From Dehalococcoidia bacterium (lineage in GTDB: Bacteria; Chloroflexota; Dehalococcoidia; Bin125), in NCBI GenBank assembly GCA_963663895.2, contig CAXXRD010000003.1, positions 32,001 to 96,000 on the forward strand: 64,000 bases of DNA, read 5' to 3'. Of the stretch, positions 60,453-64,000 are shown piece by piece (the first letter of the stretch is position 1; each line of letters opens with the position of its first letter). The position numbers were made by a program, and so were the translations under genes. Under the pieces are notes generated by a model that searched no databases, had not been told where the DNA came from, and worked only from the letters and a program-made list of their open reading frames with translations.

Positions 60453-61400
60453 ATGCGGATCGCGATCATCGGGCAGGCAGCGTTCGGCGCGGCGGTCTAT
60501 GAGCGGTTGCGCGGTGACGGGCACGAGATCGTCGGCGTGTTCACGGCGCCGGAGACGGGCCGCCCCGATTCCCTCGGCGAGGCCGCGCGTCGCGACGACG
60601 TCCGCGTCGAGCAGCCCGCGCGCTGGCAACGCAAGGGAATCGTGGATGCCGACGTCTTCGAGACCTACACCTCGACCAAGCCGGATCTCAACGTGATGGC
60701 TTTTGTCACACAGATCATCCCGAGCCAGGTTCTGGACTTCCCGCCGCAAGCGACGATCCAATACCACCCCAGCTTGCTGCCCAAGCATCGGGGACGGAGC
60801 GCGATCAACCACGCGATCGTGCAAGGGGATACCGAAACCGGCTGCACGATCTTCTGGGTGGACGCCGGGATCGATACGGGGCCGCTGCTGCTCCAGAAAC
60901 GCTGTGCGATCAGCGAGGACGACACCGTGAACAGCCTCTATCGCGAGCGGCTGTTTCCCATGGGAGTGGAGGCGCTGACCGAGGCGGTGAGGCGCATAGC
61001 GAAGGGCGAGGCGCCGCGGATCGCGCAAGATGAGAGCCAGGCGACTTACGAAGCACCTTGGGAAGGCGATGTCGCGCGCATCGACTGGACCCAAGCCGCG
61101 CCGCGGGTGCACGACTTCATCCGTGGGAGCGACCGGCAGCCGGGAGCGTGGTCGACTATCGCCGTGCCGGCGGGAGACGCCGTCAAGGTGACGCTCTACG
61201 GATCACGGAAGGCGGAGCCCGATGAGGAAGCGCAAGGAGAGCCGGGAAGCATCCTCGCCGTGGAAGCCGCAGGCCTCACGATTCGCTGCGGCCGGGGAGC
61301 CGTGCGGGTGGACACGGCGATGGTGGAAGGCGGGAAGTGGGTACCGGCGGCCGAGTGGGCCGCGGCAGCGGGTGTGACGCCGGGAACGCTACTGACCTAG
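60453..61400 (+). CDS. Formyltransferase-family protein (Fmt-like / 10-formyl-THF hydrolase-like)
   Basis: MRIAIIGQAAFG, QYHPSLLPKHRG, DAGIDTG, C-terminal Fmt_C-like domain. Confidence 0.8.
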   Translation: MRIAIIGQAAFGAAVYERLRGDGHEIVGVFTAPETGRPDSLGEAARRDDVRVEQPARWQRKGIVDADVFETYTSTKPDLNVMAFVTQIIPSQVLDFPPQATIQYHPSLLPKHRGRSAINHAIVQGDTETGCTIFWVDAGIDTGPLLLQKRCAISEDDTVNSLYRERLFPMGVEALTEAVRRIAKGEAPRIAQDESQATYEAPWEGDVARIDWTQAAPRVHDFIRGSDRQPGAWSTIAVPAGDAVKVTLYGSRKAEPDEEAQGEPGSILAVEAAGLTIRCGRGAVRVDTAMVEGGKWVPAAEWAAAAGVTPGTLLT

Positions 61401-61560
61401 CTCCTCGCGAGGCCATCCGGCGTGCACTGCTCCATCGCACGAGTCCAAGCGGATGGATCCGGCAGCATGCCTGATACCCTACCCATGCCGTGATCGCTGT
61501 AGCGTCTGGCCGGCGCCGTGCCGCGCGATGCAGTCAATAGCGGTGTAAGGAGTCGCTGGA

Positions 61561-62469
61561 GTGATCGGGACGAACGGGGTCAAAACGCTCTTCTTGATCG
61601 TGCTGCTCAGCGGCCTGTTACTGATCGCAGGGATGCTGATGGGTGGCTACGTCGGACTGGTGATCGCGGCCGTGATCGCCTTTGCCATGAATTTCTTCGC
61701 CTACTGGAAATCCGACAGCGCCGTGTTGACGATGATGCACGCCCGCGAAGTGAGCGCGGCCGAGGCGCCGCAACTGCACCGAATCGTGGAGCGGGCGGCG
61801 CATGAGGCGAAGCTCCCCAAACCCAAGGTCTACATCGTTCAGAACCCCGCGCCCAACGCATTCGCAACCGGGCGCAGCCCCAATCACGCTGCGGTTGCGG
61901 CCACGACCGGGATCATGGGGCTGCTCACGGAGCGTGAATTAGCCGGCGTGTTCGCGCACGAGTTGGCGCATGTGAAGAACCGCGACACGCTTATCAACAC
62001 GATCGTGGCGATGATCGCGACCGCGATCTTGCTTATCGCAATGGTCGCGCGCTTTAGTTTGCTCTTCGGCTTCATGTTCGCAGGAGGCGGGCGCGACGAC
62101 CGGGGCGGAGGAGAGATGGGACAGCTCGCGGGCATGCTGGCGCTCGCGATTATCGCTCCCATCGTGGCGACGCTGATCAAGCTGGCGATCTCGCGGGCAC
62201 GCGAATTCAGCGCGGATGCGACCGGAGCCCGGAATTCCCAGGACCCGGAAGCGCTCGCGTCGGCCTTGGCTAAACTGCAGCTCGCCAATCAGCGAGTGCA
62301 GCAGATGCGCCCGGCTACGGCGAGCACGACGAACGCGGCGGTCGAGCATCTGTTCATCATCAACCCGTTCGCGGGCGGGATGGGTCGCTGGTTTTCCAGC
62401 CACCCGCCCACCGAGCAGCGGGTAGAGCGACTGCGCGCCATCGGTCGGGAGATGGGGCAACTCTTCTAG
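61561..62469 (+). CDS. htpX: Zinc metalloprotease HtpX (M48)
   Basis: PNAFATGR, HELAH, SRAREFSAD, SHPPTEQR. Confidence 0.9.
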   Translation: MIGTNGVKTLFLIVLLSGLLLIAGMLMGGYVGLVIAAVIAFAMNFFAYWKSDSAVLTMMHAREVSAAEAPQLHRIVERAAHEAKLPKPKVYIVQNPAPNAFATGRSPNHAAVAATTGIMGLLTERELAGVFAHELAHVKNRDTLINTIVAMIATAILLIAMVARFSLLFGFMFAGGGRDDRGGGEMGQLAGMLALAIIAPIVATLIKLAISRAREFSADATGARNSQDPEALASALAKLQLANQRVQQMRPATASTTNAAVEHLFIINPFAGGMGRWFSSHPPTEQRVERLRAIGREMGQLF

Positions 62470-62597
62470 CGCCGGCCATAGGGAGACTGCTCGCGAACTC
62501 GCACCACAGGGCCCCGCGATGCCTGGCCGGTGGTGAGGAGCGCTCCTAGAATTCTGGGTGCGCTTCGGACATCCGGACGGAGTGCCGGGAGATCAGC

Positions 62598-64000
62598 ATG
62601 GCAGACTCTACGGGCGGGGAATTCCGCGGTCTATTGGACGCAGGCGAGAGGGTTGCGCCGGTCGCGGCGACCCGACTCAATGCCATTTTGCCCGACTGGC
62701 GTACGGCCTATGAGGCGGCAGACGCCGACAGCGATGCCTACTGGGCGAGAGTCGCGCGCGAGTTGACTTGGATCGCGCCGTGGCGGGAGCTGCGGGTCGA
62801 CGACGGGCACAACCACACGGAGTGGTTCGCGGGATCGCGCTGCAACATCACACAGAACGTGTTGGACCGGCACCTCGAAGGACCCAATCGCACCAAAACG
62901 GCGCTGATCTGGGTGAGCGAGGAGGGCGAGGAGCGGCACTTCACTTTCGAGGAGCTGGCGCGGTTCGTGAATCGATTCGCCAATGTGCTGCGCCAGGCTG
63001 GAGTGAAGAAGGGGGACCGTGTCTGTATCTACATGCCGCTGACGCCCGAAGGCATGGCAGCCATGCTGGCCTGCGCGCGTATCGGCGCCATCCATTCGGT
63101 GGTGTATGCAGGACTCGCGGCAACGGCCCTGCGGTCGCGAATCGAGGACGCAGGTGCGACGGCGCTGATCGTCGCCGACCAAGGCTTTCGGCGAGGGAAG
63201 ACGGTTGACTTGTGGTCGATCGCGAGCGAGGCGCTCTCCGGGGAAACGCCCGTGCGGCGGGTGATCCTGCACCGGCGGAGCTCCGAGACGGCGCTGCCGC
63301 GAGGAGCGATCGATCTCGTCCCGGCACTGGCAGACGCGTCCGCCGAAGCGGAGGCAGAGCCGATGGAAGCCTCGGACCCACTGTTCATCCTCTACACGTC
63401 GGGAACCACGGGGACGCCGAAGGGCGTGGTCTATCCGCATGCGGGCTACATGGTCGGCGTGGCGCGCAACACGAGGATCGCCTACAACCTGAAGCCGGAC
63501 ACCGTCTACTGGTGCACGAGTGATATCGGTTGGATCGTAGGGCACTCGTGCATCGTCTACGGACCCTGGATCAACGGCGTGACGCAGGTGGTGCGCGAGG
63601 GAGCGCCGGACTACCCGGATCCCGGCGTCGTCTGGTCGATCATCGAGCGGTACGCCGTGACGACGCTGTTCACGGCACCTACCGCGCTGCGAATGTTCAT
63701 GCGGTTCGGCGGGGAGTATCCGGTGAAGCACAACCTCGACAGCCTCACGATCCTGATCTGTGCGGGCGAGCCGCTCAACCCGGAGGCGCAGATCTGGGCC
63801 TACCGGCATGTCATGCAGGATCGCGGGCCGGTCTGCGATAACTGGTGGCAGACGGAGACCGGGGGACCGACGCTGGGGACCCTGCCCGCGGACGTCGCCA
63901 AGATCGGGCGCGTCGGGCGGCCGCTGCCCGGCGTGCGCGCGGAGGTCGTGGACCGGGAAGGGAAGCCCGTCCCGGACGGGCACGGCGGCTTCCTGGTTCT
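62598..64000 (+). CDS. acs: Acetyl-CoA synthetase, 3' truncated by window edge
   Basis: ATG 62598; KKGDRVCIYMP, ACARIGAIHSVV, ILYTSGTTGTPKG, DNWWQTETG. Confidence 0.88.
   Translation, partial: MADSTGGEFRGLLDAGERVAPVAATRLNAILPDWRTAYEAADADSDAYWARVARELTWIAPWRELRVDDGHNHTEWFAGSRCNITQNVLDRHLEGPNRTKTALIWVSEEGEERHFTFEELARFVNRFANVLRQAGVKKGDRVCIYMPLTPEGMAAMLACARIGAIHSVVYAGLAATALRSRIEDAGATALIVADQGFRRGKTVDLWSIASEALSGETPVRRVILHRRSSETALPRGAIDLVPALADASAEAEAEPMEASDPLFILYTSGTTGTPKGVVYPHAGYMVGVARNTRIAYNLKPDTVYWCTSDIGWIVGHSCIVYGPWINGVTQVVREGAPDYPDPGVVWSIIERYAVTTLFTAPTALRMFMRFGGEYPVKHNLDSLTILICAGEPLNPEAQIWAYRHVMQDRGPVCDNWWQTETGGPTLGTLPADVAKIGRVGRPLPGVRAEVVDREGKPVPDGHGGFLV

Noticed and set aside
62631-63983. 450-aa minus-strand ORF
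   Set aside because: Antisense shadow of acs, which the track lacks because it runs off the window.
1-64000. CRISPR arrays, tRNA/rRNA, IS elements, prophage genes
   Set aside because: No regularly spaced repeats, tRNA-like motifs, transposase or integrase motifs seen by eye; a covariance-model scan would be needed to exclude small RNAs.

Overview
High-GC bacterial chromosomal window. Gene content (LLM/F420-type oxidoreductases, many enoyl-CoA hydratases, acyl-CoA dehydrogenases and SDRs, a Tat family-5 binding protein) and GAAC-N4-GTTC LexA boxes suggest Chloroflexota, probably Dehalococcoidia; this is an inference. About 60 CDS, mostly catabolic or housekeeping: arsM locus, glcDEF, bioY, gltBD, molybdopterin oxidoreductase, HtrA plus a frameshifted partial copy, a Crp-family regulator, an ABC exporter, htpX and a partial acs. 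I saw no tRNA, rRNA, CRISPR array, transposase or integrase. Most notable: (1) a hidden AhpD/CMD-family selenoprotein (CHFU motif, in-frame UGA, SECIS-like hairpin) that the ORF track splits in two; (2) two LexA boxes between two unknown divergent genes, a candidate SOS module; (3) a nuclease-less SeqA-N-like + Mrr-N winged-helix protein; (4) a riboswitch-like leader with a competing terminator upstream of gltB; (5) a lower-GC insert encoding a fused GHKL ATPase-STAS-like protein. All family calls come from motif recognition, not database searches.
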